Source: Pseudomonas phage UF_RH7
Reading direction: 5' to 3' (one strand)
Sequence record: OR589135.1
Length of the DNA stretch: 58,217 nucleotides
Position numbers and translations under genes: made by a program. Positions 18,261-29,026 of this stretch are shown one piece after another. Numbering within the stretch: the stretch's first letter is position 1; each line of letters opens with the position of its first letter. A model generated the notes under the pieces. That model had not been told where the DNA came from. It ran no database searches and saw only the letters and a program-made list of their open reading frames with translations.

Positions 18261-18880
18261 CGATAAAGGTCTCGGTGGATGGTCTGCTTGACGTACAGGA
18301 ATACTTCGAGCGCATGCCCGAGGCCACCACCATGGCCGCGAGAATGGCCGTGAACGATGTAGCTCAACGCGGTGCCTTAAAACTGGCACGCGACGAGATG
18401 ATGCAAGAAGTTGCCTTCCCCGCGAAGTACCTCGATGACAGCCGCCTCGGCGTAACCAAGAAAGCCCGAAATAACGACCTCGAAGCGATCATCACCGGCC
18501 GCAAGCGCGCCACCAGCCTCGCACGATTCGCCCCTGGCCAAACACCTTCCAGCACGGCGAAACGTGGCGTGTCGGTCACCGTGCAGCGCGGCCGGACGGT
18601 CACTCTTCGAGAAGGCTGGCTGGTTCGCCTGAAGCGCGGGGCGTCATTGACCGAAGACCAGTACAACCTCGGCCTTGCCGTCCGCATTGGTCCAGGCGAG
18701 AAAATCACTGGCAAACACACCAGCCACCAGTCATGGCTTGTTCGCGGGTCGGTCGCCCTGTTGTACGGGCCCTCCGTCGACCAGGTATTCCGTGATGTGA
18801 AAGAGGACATTGCTCTGCCGGTTCTCGATATGGTGGCCACTGAATTCCTCCGACAATTTACGAGGCTGACAAATGGCTGA
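18257..18880 (+). CDS. Tail completion protein, lambda gpZ-like.
   Basis: 207 aa. N-terminal MTIKV...MAARMAVNDVAQ versus gpZ MAIKG...AMAINRVAS. Confidence 0.55.
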   Translation: MTIKVSVDGLLDVQEYFERMPEATTMAARMAVNDVAQRGALKLARDEMMQEVAFPAKYLDDSRLGVTKKARNNDLEAIITGRKRATSLARFAPGQTPSSTAKRGVSVTVQRGRTVTLREGWLVRLKRGASLTEDQYNLGLAVRIGPGEKITGKHTSHQSWLVRGSVALLYGPSVDQVFRDVKEDIALPVLDMVATEFLRQFTRLTNG

Positions 18881-19406
18881 AATCCCACGCCGTCTGCTTA
18901 TCCTGCAGCGGTTAAGCGAACACCTGAAGGGCATCACCCCGCTCAACGGGTATAACTATGACCTGTCCCAGTCCGTCTACCGGGGCAAGCGCATGTTCGG
19001 CGCAGAGACGCAGTTGCCGGCCGTGTCGATCATCGAGTCGCCAAGGCCTGACGTCGGCGTCTATACTGGAACAGGCGACGAGCAGCGCTCCGAGAACTGG
19101 GTATTACTGGTTCAGGGATGGGTAGAAGACACGGACGATCTTGTTAATCCGACAGACGCCGCGTATTATCTGGCTGCTGCCGTTGAGGAAAGGCTCACCA
19201 TGATTATGGCGAAAAAAGCGAAGGGCACCCGGCCTATGCCGGTTTATCCTGACCTATATCGCCTGGGCGGTTTGATTACAGACCTGCAGCTTTCGCCCGC
19301 CGTGGTCAGCCAGCCTCAAGATGAAATCTCCAGCAAAGCCTTCTTCTACCTTCCGGTAAGAATCGGTCTCGCTGCAGATGTCGGCCAACCTTACGTTGAC
19401 GGCTGA
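18873..19406 (+). CDS. Tail terminator, lambda gpU-like.
   Basis: 177 aa. Position between the Z-like gene and the major tail gene. Confidence 0.45.
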   Translation: MAEIPRRLLILQRLSEHLKGITPLNGYNYDLSQSVYRGKRMFGAETQLPAVSIIESPRPDVGVYTGTGDEQRSENWVLLVQGWVEDTDDLVNPTDAAYYLAAAVEERLTMIMAKKAKGTRPMPVYPDLYRLGGLITDLQLSPAVVSQPQDEISSKAFFYLPVRIGLAADVGQPYVDG

Positions 19407-19437
19407 TGATTAATCCAATATTGAAGGAAACAAAATT

Positions 19438-20223
19438 ATGCGTACTCCAGTAGAACCGAACTACGTCATTGGCCGCGGTGAACTGCACTTCAATAAGTTC
19501 GCTACCGGCACTAAAACTGGCACCGGCGAGATGTATTTCGGGAACACCCCGGAGCTGTCCGCCGCATCCAGCATTGATACTCTCGATCACTATAACTCAG
19601 ACCACGGTCTGAAAGAGAAGGACGAGAGCGTCACGCTGGAAGACTCGCAGACCCTGACCTTCTCCACGGATCACATTGCGCCAGAAAACCTGGCTCTGTG
19701 GTTCGGCGGTGACCTCAGCACCCTGGCCATTACTGCCGCCACTGGGCAGACGTACTCCCTGGGTGCGGTAATCCTGGGTCGCTCCTATCAGATCGGAGCG
19801 TCTGCGACAACGCCATCCGGCGCTCGCAAGGTGACCAACGTCGTAGTTAAAAAAGGTGCGACGACTGTTGCCCCCGAAGGCAACTACGAAGTCGACCTTG
19901 AACTGGGCCGCGTCTACATTGAGTCCGATGCTACAGACGTCATCGAAGGCGACGTGCTGGAAGTGACGTTCGATCAGGAGGCCTACAGCCGCCAGGTTAT
20001 CGTCGGCAAGGCGAAGGAAATCCGCGGCGCCCTGCGCTTCATTTCTGACAACCCAGTCGGCAAGCAAAAGGACATGTTCTGGCCATACGTCAAGATCACC
20101 CCGAACGGCGATTACGCACTGAAGGGCGACGAATGGCAGGTAATGTCGTTCACCGTGGAAGTGCTGAAGTTGAACGGCACCACCGAACGTGTCTACATTG
20201 ACATGCGCGACGCCACCGTTTAA
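19438..20223 (+). CDS. Major tail protein (gpV position).
   Basis: 261 aa. Strong SD. Located upstream of the chaperone/frameshift/TMP set. Confidence 0.6.
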   Translation: MRTPVEPNYVIGRGELHFNKFATGTKTGTGEMYFGNTPELSAASSIDTLDHYNSDHGLKEKDESVTLEDSQTLTFSTDHIAPENLALWFGGDLSTLAITAATGQTYSLGAVILGRSYQIGASATTPSGARKVTNVVVKKGATTVAPEGNYEVDLELGRVYIESDATDVIEGDVLEVTFDQEAYSRQVIVGKAKEIRGALRFISDNPVGKQKDMFWPYVKITPNGDYALKGDEWQVMSFTVEVLKLNGTTERVYIDMRDATV

Positions 20224-20234
20224 AGGGGATTCAC

Positions 20235-20681
20235 ATGGGACTGATGGACTATCAGCCGCCAAGTGAAGAAGTCAAGTTTAAAGGGGGGTCCTTCGAATTG
20301 AAGGGCCTTTCTACTCAGGACTTCTCATTGTTGCTGGCGCGGCATTCAGTAGACCTGGAAAAGGTCTTCGATTTGTACGAGAAAGGCGGAGAAGACGGGA
20401 CAGACTTCACTGCCGCAGGACTGGCCAAGTTTGTCATGACGCTGATAAACGACGCTCCCGGATTGGTGGCCAACGCCATCGCGTTATCCGCCGGCGAACC
20501 GAAAGCGGCAGATCATGTCATGAAAACTTTCGGTATCGCGCTGCAGCTGCAGTGCTTAAAAATCGTGGGCCGGCTAACCTTTGAGGAAGCGGGCGGCGTA
20601 AAAAAGTTCGTCGAAAGCCTTCGGGAGATCTACGGGAACGTCCAGATCCCAGGGAAGAACTCAAACGAGCTGGGCGAGTAG
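20235..20681 (+). CDS. Tail assembly chaperone (gpG analogue).
   Basis: 148 aa. Contains slippery heptamer A_AAA_AAG at 20600-20606. Confidence 0.7.
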   Translation: MGLMDYQPPSEEVKFKGGSFELKGLSTQDFSLLLARHSVDLEKVFDLYEKGGEDGTDFTAAGLAKFVMTLINDAPGLVANAIALSAGEPKAADHVMKTFGIALQLQCLKIVGRLTFEEAGGVKKFVESLREIYGNVQIPGKNSNELGE

Positions 20682-20947
20682 ACAGCGAAACACCCGAGCC
20701 GGAGGAAACCCGGCTTATTCAGTTCTATCACTCGCTCCGGCGAGACGTATGCACGCTGTTAGCGGAAGGACATCAGCATGCCATGCACTATCCGTTGTGC
20801 CACGTCTGGTCGGAAGTTGAGTTAGTCAGGCAACGGGTACATCAGCGCATGGCTACTGAGGCTGTGCTACTTCAACAGGCCATTGTCTCTGTCCTCGCTG
20901 GCGGCAAAGATTTCTCGAAATTGCTGAAGGACTTGACCGATGGCTGA
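20235..20947 (+). CDS. Tail assembly chaperone G-T-like fusion (about 237 aa) made by a programmed -1 frameshift at A_AAA_AAG (20600-20606). The -1 frame stays open to a TGA at 20945-20947, overlapping the tape-measure ATG.
   Basis: Manual translation of the -1 frame shows no stop from 20585 to 20944. The heptamer is identical to the E. coli dnaX site. Canonical G/GT/TMP arrangement. Confidence 0.7.
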
Positions 20948-23900
20948 CAATGTGAAGGATGTAGAACTACGGATCAGGGCGAAGGACTATAGCCAGAAAG
21001 ACCTGAAAGCCCTGGTCAAAACTATCGACTCGCTGACGGCCGCAATGGCCGAGCAGCAGACCGCCGCGAAAAAGGGGGAGGCCAGTTCTAAACAACTGGC
21101 CGATTCCTATAAACGCATGGAGCTGGCGGCCAACGCCCTTCTGAAACAATCCGCGTTAATCGACACCTTCAAGCAGCAGGCGAAAGCCGTTGATACAGCC
21201 GCTCAGAAAACTGAGGTGGCGCAGCGCGCTTATGCTTCCCTGGCGACGACAATCGCATCCCTGGAAACGCCGACCAAGAAGCAAATTTCCGACCTGGCCA
21301 AACTGGAGCGGACTGTTTCCAACCTGACCGTTTCTGAGGCGCGCGCCGAAAACACCTGGCGGAACACCGGAACGACGCTGAAGGCCTTGGGCGTCGACAT
21401 CAATAACGTCGCGGCTTCCGAGCAGAAGATAGCGGCGGCATCCCGCACTGCCTCAGCGGCGCTGAAGGAACAAGAGACCGCGATCCTCGGCCTCGATGCA
21501 GCGCAGAAGCGCCTGGCTCAGCAGCAGGCCGCGGCGGCCGAACAAGAAAGGATCCGCGCGCAGCAGTCGCAAGCGGCGGCCAGCACCTATGCATCTTTCT
21601 GGGTGACGGCGCTGAACGCCAAAGAGGCGGCCGAGAAAAAGGCAGCGGCAGATACCGCGCTGCAGCAGGCAGTTACTGCTCAGCGGCAGGCGCTGCAGCA
21701 GGCCGCCAATCAGGCTATCGCTACGGCCAACGGCTACCGCTCACTGGCCAGTACGTTCCGCGATGCGGCCACCGGCGCTAACCCACTAGCCACGGCGCTG
21801 CGCCAAATTATCGATCCAGCTGGGCAGGCGAGAACTAACCTGAACGGCCTGGAGGCTCAGGTGCGCGAATTGGCCACCAGCATCTCCGCCATCCGTGGGC
21901 CAGTGGATAATCTGAAAACCTCGATGCAGCAGCTCGACGCCGCTCAGAAGGCGGCCGGCAGTCTGGCGCAGATGATCGATAGCTACAACCGACAGCTGCA
22001 GGTGTTACGCCAGGCGCGGCAGGAATACTCTGCATCGCGACAGGCGGTTCTACAACTGGCCGAACAGGTCAGGTCTGCCGTATCCCCTAACAACGAGCTG
22101 AACGCATCGCTGGCGGCCGCTCAGGCACGCTTAAAATCGGCATCGCAGGAGATGCAGAACGTCGTCAACACCACGCGGCAAATGCGAGCGGGTTTACAGG
22201 ACGCCGGCGTTAATACGCGAAACCTGCAGGGCGAAGCTGCTCGGCTGACGAATACGGTCAAACAGACCACCACCAGTGCCAACGATCTGACGGCCGCCGT
22301 CAAGCGGTACGGTATCGCCGCCAAGGACGCTGACACGAACACCCGAGCATTCGGCAACGGGGCGCGCCAAAGCCTGTCCTACGTTCAGCGCCTGCGCGGC
22401 GAAGTGCTCGGCATGGCCACGGCGTTCATCGGCATCCAGTCGGCGGTGAAACTGGCAAACGACTCGCTGGAAGCGTACCGCTCAAAACTGGCCATCCAGA
22501 CCCGGTTGTCGGTGCTGGTGGGCAACGATGCCAAAGCGATCGGCAACGAGTGGAACTATCTGCAGGGGCAGGCCGACCGCCTGGGCTTCGGCTTTGAGCA
22601 AATGGCCATGTCCTACTCCAAATTCGCTATCGCCGCCAAGATGTCTGGTTCGACGCTGCAGGAAGCGCGGTTCATCTTCGAAGGGTTCGCCGAAGCGGCG
22701 CGCGCCTCGAAAATGAGCACGGACGATTTCGATGGCTCACTGAAAGCGGTTGAGCAGATGCTCAGCAAGGGCACCATCCAGGCAGAAGAGCTGCGCCAAC
22801 AACTCGGTGACCGACTGCCCGGCGCATTCCAGCTGGCCGCCCGCGCGGCGAACATGAGCGTCGCACAATTCACGAAAGCCATGGAGAACGGGCAGATCAG
22901 TTCCGACTTCGTGGTCAACATCGCCCGCGAGCTGAAAACCGTTTACAAAGACATCCTGCCGACGGCGGTCGATACCATGATTGCCGCTGAAGGACGTCTG
23001 CAGACCGCCTACTACAATTTCCGCCTGTCTATCGCAGAATCCGGTTTGGTGGAAGCCTATTCGCAATTCGTCGCTAAACTTACGAACGTGCTGAAGGGCG
23101 ATCAGGGTGCCGCGCTGGCGGGTCAGCTGTCATCGATGTTCAGCAGCATCGTCTCGCTCCTGGGGTTCATCGCGGATCATGCTGACGTGGCCAAGACGGC
23201 GCTACTGGCGATGGTCGGGATTCAGGTGCTGATGCAGTTCAGCGGATTGGTTATGGCCATCGGCAACATCGGCACCGCATTGAAGACGCTGTACACGGTA
23301 ATCGTCACGGCTACCGTGGCCATGGTGAACTTCCGCACGACTATTGCAACGATCGCCGCGTCATCGTTCATCGTCTGGATGCGCAATGCGGCGGCGGCCA
23401 TGACGGCAGCGACTGCGGCAGCGACGGGACTCAGTGCGGCCACGGCGGCCATCGTCTGGCCGATTGCCTTGGCGACGGCGTTCGCTGGCGCGGTTTACTA
23501 CCTGGTCACCGCCTTCCAGCGCGGCCGGAAAGAGGCGCTTGATTTCGCCAACGCACTGGACGTTTCGGCAGACGCCCTGCGACGCATGACTGCAGCTCAG
23601 CGCACCGCGGCTCTCGATAAACTTGGCGACGCCGCCGACGAAGGCCGTCGTCAGCTGAAAGACCTGACGAGCGAAGTCTACGATCTGGATAAATCTCTGA
23701 AGGAACTGAAGGCGCGGGACAATGGCGGTATCGGGATGAAATCGTCCATCGATGCTCTGCAGCGCAAATACAACGAACGCCGCGCCCAACTGGATGACAC
23801 CGAGAAAACGCTGCGGGATACCGAAGCCAAACAGAAAGCGCTGCAGGACGCGCAGAAGGGGCAGTTCCAATCCACCCCTACAGCGGCCGGCACGGCTGAC

Positions 23901-25424
23901 CCGGGCACTGGTGGCAGCACTGACAACATCACGGCCGCCGCCCTGGAAAAAGAGCTGGCAAAAGCCCGCACCCGAGCTGACAAGAAACTCCACCAGCAAA
24001 GCCTCACGGATGCGAAGCGAAACTGGGAAGAGCGCAAAGCGCTGATTGTCGAAGAATACAAAGTCCAGCAGGACATGATCGACAACCTGGCGAAGACGCA
24101 GCCGGAGAAAGCCAAGAAGTTGAACGAGCAGCTGCAGGGCATCATCAACGACCGCGTTAAGGCCGAAGAGATGGCCTACAACCGGGAAGAGGCGAAGATC
24201 GGTGCCAAGGAAGAAGCGAAGGGCGCACGCCGGGTTCAACTGGCGCAGGAAGTCGCCAACCAGATTTCCGCTATCGAAGATGACCTGGCCAACCGCAATG
24301 CCAAGGTAGACGGGACAGTCTCGTTCGCCGACCGGCGCGCGGCCGCGATTCAGGCCGTCAGCAATTCGTATGATGCGTTGTACGCGAAGATCCAGAAACT
24401 CGGCGGTGCCGAAGGCGCGGCAGCAAAAACGCAGCTCGACGCCCTGGTTAAGCAGCGTCAGGAAGTCGAAGGCCTGAAGCAGGATACCGAGGAAATGACT
24501 CGCCTGCAGAACGTGCTCAACGAGCGCATCAAAACCCGGACAGCGTTACTTGATGTGATCGAGAAACGCCGTGCCGCCGGAACCATCGGCGCCGGGGATG
24601 CGATCGAGCAGACCAAGGGCGTGATGGCGCAGACGGGTCCAGGGATCAACGAAGCGGCCGATGCGGTGACCAAGTTCGCTGAGTCGCTGAAAACGATCAC
24701 CCCAGACCAACTGACGCAGATCAAGGCGGAGATGGAAGGCATCAAGTTGTCGACGGTTGACTCGACCAACGCCATGGCCAACTTCGCCAAGACGGCGGTT
24801 GACTCGCTAGTCGGTAACGCGCAGACCGCGTTTTCTTCAATGTCTGCGGCGCTGGGCGATTTCATTACCGGCATCAAGAGTGGCAAAGAGGCTATCGGGG
24901 AGCTGTGGGCAGCAACCAAACAGTTCTTCGCCAGCTTCCTGGCCGACATTGCGCAGGCGATCATTAAGCAGCTCTTGCTCAACGCCATTCAAAGCGCTGG
25001 CACGGCGATGGGCGGGACGTTCGGCACGGCGATTTCCGGCGCTGCAGCAGCGGTGAACCACGCGGGCGGCATGGCGGGCGGCAGCGGACGGTCGCGCGCC
25101 GTACAGTCCAGCTGGTTCGCCAACGCGCCACGCTTCCACGATGGCGGGTTCCCTGGCCTGAAGTCGAACGAGGTTCCCACCATCCTGGAGCGCGGAGAGG
25201 AAGTCCTGACGGCCAACGACCCGCGCAACGCGATGAACGGTGGTGCAGCGCCGGGTGCTGCTTCAAGCGGCGGACCGACAGCCCCTCCGCAGAACATTCG
25301 CGTGATTAACGCCATCGATTCGGGTAGCTTTATCTCGGCCGGCCTGTCCACCCCGGAAGGCCAGACGGCGATCTATAACTACATCAAGGCGAATGCGTCC
25401 GACTTGAAAACCTTCTTCAAATGA
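20940..25424 (+). CDS. Tail tape measure protein (1494 aa; predicts a tail of about 220 nm).
   Basis: Very long Ala/Gln-rich coiled-coil protein directly after G/T. Hydrophobic central segment. Confidence 0.85.
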   Translation: MADNVKDVELRIRAKDYSQKDLKALVKTIDSLTAAMAEQQTAAKKGEASSKQLADSYKRMELAANALLKQSALIDTFKQQAKAVDTAAQKTEVAQRAYASLATTIASLETPTKKQISDLAKLERTVSNLTVSEARAENTWRNTGTTLKALGVDINNVAASEQKIAAASRTASAALKEQETAILGLDAAQKRLAQQQAAAAEQERIRAQQSQAAASTYASFWVTALNAKEAAEKKAAADTALQQAVTAQRQALQQAANQAIATANGYRSLASTFRDAATGANPLATALRQIIDPAGQARTNLNGLEAQVRELATSISAIRGPVDNLKTSMQQLDAAQKAAGSLAQMIDSYNRQLQVLRQARQEYSASRQAVLQLAEQVRSAVSPNNELNASLAAAQARLKSASQEMQNVVNTTRQMRAGLQDAGVNTRNLQGEAARLTNTVKQTTTSANDLTAAVKRYGIAAKDADTNTRAFGNGARQSLSYVQRLRGEVLGMATAFIGIQSAVKLANDSLEAYRSKLAIQTRLSVLVGNDAKAIGNEWNYLQGQADRLGFGFEQMAMSYSKFAIAAKMSGSTLQEARFIFEGFAEAARASKMSTDDFDGSLKAVEQMLSKGTIQAEELRQQLGDRLPGAFQLAARAANMSVAQFTKAMENGQISSDFVVNIARELKTVYKDILPTAVDTMIAAEGRLQTAYYNFRLSIAESGLVEAYSQFVAKLTNVLKGDQGAALAGQLSSMFSSIVSLLGFIADHADVAKTALLAMVGIQVLMQFSGLVMAIGNIGTALKTLYTVIVTATVAMVNFRTTIATIAASSFIVWMRNAAAAMTAATAAATGLSAATAAIVWPIALATAFAGAVYYLVTAFQRGRKEALDFANALDVSADALRRMTAAQRTAALDKLGDAADEGRRQLKDLTSEVYDLDKSLKELKARDNGGIGMKSSIDALQRKYNERRAQLDDTEKTLRDTEAKQKALQDAQKGQFQSTPTAAGTADPGTGGSTDNITAAALEKELAKARTRADKKLHQQSLTDAKRNWEERKALIVEEYKVQQDMIDNLAKTQPEKAKKLNEQLQGIINDRVKAEEMAYNREEAKIGAKEEAKGARRVQLAQEVANQISAIEDDLANRNAKVDGTVSFADRRAAAIQAVSNSYDALYAKIQKLGGAEGAAAKTQLDALVKQRQEVEGLKQDTEEMTRLQNVLNERIKTRTALLDVIEKRRAAGTIGAGDAIEQTKGVMAQTGPGINEAADAVTKFAESLKTITPDQLTQIKAEMEGIKLSTVDSTNAMANFAKTAVDSLVGNAQTAFSSMSAALGDFITGIKSGKEAIGELWAATKQFFASFLADIAQAIIKQLLLNAIQSAGTAMGGTFGTAISGAAAAVNHAGGMAGGSGRSRAVQSSWFANAPRFHDGGFPGLKSNEVPTILERGEEVLTANDPRNAMNGGAAPGAASSGGPTAPPQNIRVINAIDSGSFISAGLSTPEGQTAIYNYIKANASDLKTFFK

Positions 25425-25432
25425 GGTGCTGA

Positions 25433-28144
25433 ATGGCAGGGGTTAACGATAATAAAATTGTGATGAATAGTTCCGGGCTTGTCGCCCGGAGCTACAACGC
25501 CCCCGGCGGCACAACAGATAGCGGCCTGGTAACTCCGTCGGACGGCACTAGCCTTGACCAGTTCTCGATCATCCTGGGTCTGCTGAACGCCTATGAAACG
25601 ATAGGAGACCCGCGTGCGTTGGTTCGGGCTGAGCAGGCGGTTAATGCCATCCTGCCGATCCTTCTGCGAGGCACCCCAGTCTCCGCCACGGCGAATAACG
25701 TTTTGCCGCATTGGCTGTTCAACGTCAAATACGAGCACGACGGAATCGCCATGGACCAGGTGTTCGAGTCGTTCGGTGGCATCCGTCCGTTGAACGCCGG
25801 CGAGATAAAAGCCGAAATGCGGATGATGTTGGCGGCGCCGCGCGCGCTGAATAAGTTTGCCAGCATCACCGGCAAAACGATGTTCGCTGACATGGCGCAG
25901 GCCATCATAAAGAATGCGCGAGACCTTGCATCAAGCATCGGGGTTATGCCGCGGTGGATCATCCTGAATACGCAGACGGGAGAGAAGTTGCCGAGCGCCG
26001 GATACCCCGTATGGGCGCAGCTCGGTTCCTCGTTTGACATTTCGATGGTGGACACCATAGCGGCGAGATTGCAGACGATGCAGACGTCATGGCAAACCGC
26101 GCTCGGAGAACTCGGGCCATTCGCGCCGATGTTCAACCGCGATACCGGCCAGGGCGACTGGAACACGCTGCTATCATATGACGTCGGCGGCCACGGGCAA
26201 TACTGGGCGTTGACCGACCTATCGCTTCACGTCGCGGCGTCACCTACCGCTCGCGGCATCGTCATCGAGTTCCTCGATTGGCTGGCGACGGACGCCAACT
26301 GGTTGCCGAACGCCCCGTCGTTTAACGATAAACTGACGGCAATGATCAACCGGTCTTCGCTGAACGACTTCCAGTCCTATGATGAAGTTCAGGCGACGAT
26401 CGATGCAGTCACCCTGCCGAAACTCGGACCTCCAGATTTCTACCGGGCAACTGGTGCAGCGCATGTTTCAGACGACCCGTGCTTCGCCGCCATGGTGATG
26501 GAAGCCGCCGTCCACCTGGATAACTATCAGCGCCCGAGCGGAACCGGTTCGATCTACCTGTCAGTAGAGAACGTCATCCATAAAGCCATGGCCATCATGC
26601 AGGTGACCTACCGGAACGCTGGCGAGATGGCCGGCACGTTCGCCGATGGCAACGACTGGACGTCCTACAAACATGGCGCGATGATGTCGGCGATCTCGTA
26701 CACCCTGCAATGGGCACAGAAAACCAAACGTCCGTCTATTGAGACGCTGTGCCGAGAGTGGCTGTCCGGGATGGTGAAGTGGGTGGATGCCAATACCCGG
26801 CGTGCCGGCTCTCCGTGGGGCGCTCGCCCGTGGCCTTTCGAGATTGACTGGGCGTCCGGCATGACGGAGAGCATTGAATTCTCCACCAACGTGATCACTT
26901 CTCGCAGCGGCCGGGAGCAGAGGATTTCCCGTCGCAGGAACTTCCGTCGGCGCCTGTCATACAATTACACGATGCTGACGTCGCAAGAGTCTTCCGATTT
27001 CCAGGCCATTCTCAAGTCTCGACAGAACTCGCCTGCCATGGTTCCGCAGTGGCAGTTCTCCATGGTGGCGGGACAGTTCTCAGCCGCGGGCACAAACGTC
27101 ATTCAACTGGCCGAAACTCCGCCTGACTTTGTAGAGGCGGGGGTCCCGCTTATCATCTCGCAAGGAGGCCTGCAGCAGCTGACTTACGTCCGGGAGATGA
27201 CCGACACGACGCTGACGCTGGAAGACGAACTGGATTTCCCTGTGTTCCCCGGCGGCCTGGCAGTGCCGAGCGTTAACGCAATAATTGACGCATCCACTTC
27301 GTCGACGAAACTCAGTGCATCCTACATGCAGGCGGTTGTTGGGTTCCAGGTTCTGCCGCAGGAAGATTACCGCACCTTGGCCAACCGGCCGCAGCCCGGC
27401 AACTGGATTTCCTTCATATCGACCGCCGGTTTCCTGTGGGCGAAGTACATCAACAATGCATCACTGCTGGAAGTAAAATTGCCGCTGTATTGGCCGGAGC
27501 CGGGTCGGTTCGATTTCCCCATCCCGACGTTCACCGTTGGGTCAGAAACGCGCGAGTTAATCGACCGCCGGCCCAACTGGGCATCCGCTGTTTCCGTTGA
27601 CGACACCTGGTCCTATGACCTGGTTTCCTATGACGCCGGCCCGATAACCCCAATGGGCGGGGAATCATTCGGGCGCCGGACAGTGAAGGCGACATGGACG
27701 TTCTTCACCAAAGAAGACCGGGAAGACTTCGAGTCACTGCTGAAACGCCTGCGCGGTATGCAGGTTGCGTGTTGGATCCCATCCTGGACCCGTGATTTCG
27801 AGATGCAGGCGGACATGACCCTGGGCAACCGCTTGGTTGTTCAGAAGAACGCCTTCATTGACGAAGGGCTGTTCAACGCGGCTTACACTGGGATCTGCAT
27901 CATGACAAAGGGCGGTGGAATGCTTTGCGCCCGCGTGGCATCATCCGTGATAAATGGCGACCAGGCGACGTTAACTCTCGATAGAGACCTCGGCTTCCTG
28001 GTCAAAATGGATGACGTGGCGAAAATCAGCGCGCTGTATCGAGTTCGCCAGGCGTCCGACACGGCAGAAATCCATTACCACACCAAGGCCGTGGCAGAGT
28101 GTTCAATCTCGTTTGTCACAGTAAACGACGGGCCGGTGGCATAA
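25433..28144 (+). CDS. Distal tail protein: about 470-aa N-terminal extension fused to a lambda gpM-like / DUF2460-like domain.
   Basis: 903 aa. Segment FEIDWASGMTESIEFSTNVITSRSGREQRISRRRNF...FQAILKSRQNSPAMVPQW matches the gpM pattern FRWKVKPGMDVASVPSVRKVRFGDGYSQRAP...LESFLEEHGGWKSFLW. Confidence 0.55.
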   Translation: MAGVNDNKIVMNSSGLVARSYNAPGGTTDSGLVTPSDGTSLDQFSIILGLLNAYETIGDPRALVRAEQAVNAILPILLRGTPVSATANNVLPHWLFNVKYEHDGIAMDQVFESFGGIRPLNAGEIKAEMRMMLAAPRALNKFASITGKTMFADMAQAIIKNARDLASSIGVMPRWIILNTQTGEKLPSAGYPVWAQLGSSFDISMVDTIAARLQTMQTSWQTALGELGPFAPMFNRDTGQGDWNTLLSYDVGGHGQYWALTDLSLHVAASPTARGIVIEFLDWLATDANWLPNAPSFNDKLTAMINRSSLNDFQSYDEVQATIDAVTLPKLGPPDFYRATGAAHVSDDPCFAAMVMEAAVHLDNYQRPSGTGSIYLSVENVIHKAMAIMQVTYRNAGEMAGTFADGNDWTSYKHGAMMSAISYTLQWAQKTKRPSIETLCREWLSGMVKWVDANTRRAGSPWGARPWPFEIDWASGMTESIEFSTNVITSRSGREQRISRRRNFRRRLSYNYTMLTSQESSDFQAILKSRQNSPAMVPQWQFSMVAGQFSAAGTNVIQLAETPPDFVEAGVPLIISQGGLQQLTYVREMTDTTLTLEDELDFPVFPGGLAVPSVNAIIDASTSSTKLSASYMQAVVGFQVLPQEDYRTLANRPQPGNWISFISTAGFLWAKYINNASLLEVKLPLYWPEPGRFDFPIPTFTVGSETRELIDRRPNWASAVSVDDTWSYDLVSYDAGPITPMGGESFGRRTVKATWTFFTKEDREDFESLLKRLRGMQVACWIPSWTRDFEMQADMTLGNRLVVQKNAFIDEGLFNAAYTGICIMTKGGGMLCARVASSVINGDQATLTLDRDLGFLVKMDDVAKISALYRVRQASDTAEIHYHTKAVAECSISFVTVNDGPVA

Positions 28145-28166
28145 AGCCGGCTTAGGAGACCTCCGA

Positions 28167-29015
28167 ATGTCCTACGATTCTATCGAGAACAGCATTGACA
28201 TCAGCAAGCCGGTATTTCTTTACGAGGTGGTCTACGGGCCGTCTCCGCAGGACGTTTACCGCTACATCGCCGAAGAACGCGATCAGACCGCCATGGGCGC
28301 CGTATGGAAAGCGCAGAGCATAAAACACGGCGACATCACCAGCGCGGGCACCCTGGATAAACAATCGCTGACCCTGACCGCGCGCCGGGATATTGACGTG
28401 TGGGACCTGTACCGCATCGGGCCGCCGAGTTATGTCGTTCAGCTGCGGATATACCGCGGCCAACTGGACATCAATGAGTTCTCCACGGAATGGGTAGGGC
28501 GGATTTTACTGGCGCAACGCCGCGATTCCGAAGTAGAGTTCAGCTGCGAGCCGATCTCCACGTCTTTGCGAAATCCCGGTTTGCGGCGGAAATATCAGTA
28601 CGGATGCCCTCACGTTCTCTACGACGATCAGAGCTGTAAGGCCGATGTCAACTTACACACGGCCGCCGGTTCAATCATCGCGATTGAGGGGGTCACAACG
28701 CCCGTGGTTCAGTTCGCCGGCGACCAGCATGGCGTAACCGCCGAAAACATGGTGGCCGGTATCTTTCGCACCTACGACTCCAAAGGCCTGATGATCAGGC
28801 GCGCGGTGGTTTCTGCAGAAGACCTGGGAAATCGGCAGTTCCGCCTGCACCTGATGACCTACGCACCGGACATGGCCGTCGGACGCATAGCCAACGTGTC
28901 TAAAGGTTGCCCGCACACCTTCGCCGCGTGCCGGGACACATTCAATAACGTGGGAAATTTCGGCGGATGTCCTAATATACCAACAAAGAATCCGTTTACT
29001 TCGAACCAGTTCTAA
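28167..29015 (+). CDS. Tail tip protein, lambda gpL-like, with a C-terminal Cys-rich (Fe-S-type) motif.
   Basis: 282 aa. NNVGNFGG identical to gpL. Cys pattern GCPHVLYDDQSC...CPHTFAAC...GGCP versus gpL C...C...C. Confidence 0.8.
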   Translation: MSYDSIENSIDISKPVFLYEVVYGPSPQDVYRYIAEERDQTAMGAVWKAQSIKHGDITSAGTLDKQSLTLTARRDIDVWDLYRIGPPSYVVQLRIYRGQLDINEFSTEWVGRILLAQRRDSEVEFSCEPISTSLRNPGLRRKYQYGCPHVLYDDQSCKADVNLHTAAGSIIAIEGVTTPVVQFAGDQHGVTAENMVAGIFRTYDSKGLMIRRAVVSAEDLGNRQFRLHLMTYAPDMAVGRIANVSKGCPHTFAACRDTFNNVGNFGGCPNIPTKNPFTSNQF

Positions 29016-29026
29016 GGAGAAACACG

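Noticed and set aside
21230-25351. Multiple 60-290-aa ORFs antisense or out of frame within the tape-measure gene
   Set aside because: Arg/Ala/Pro-rich translations produced by the GC-rich repetitive TMP sequence. No independent signals.
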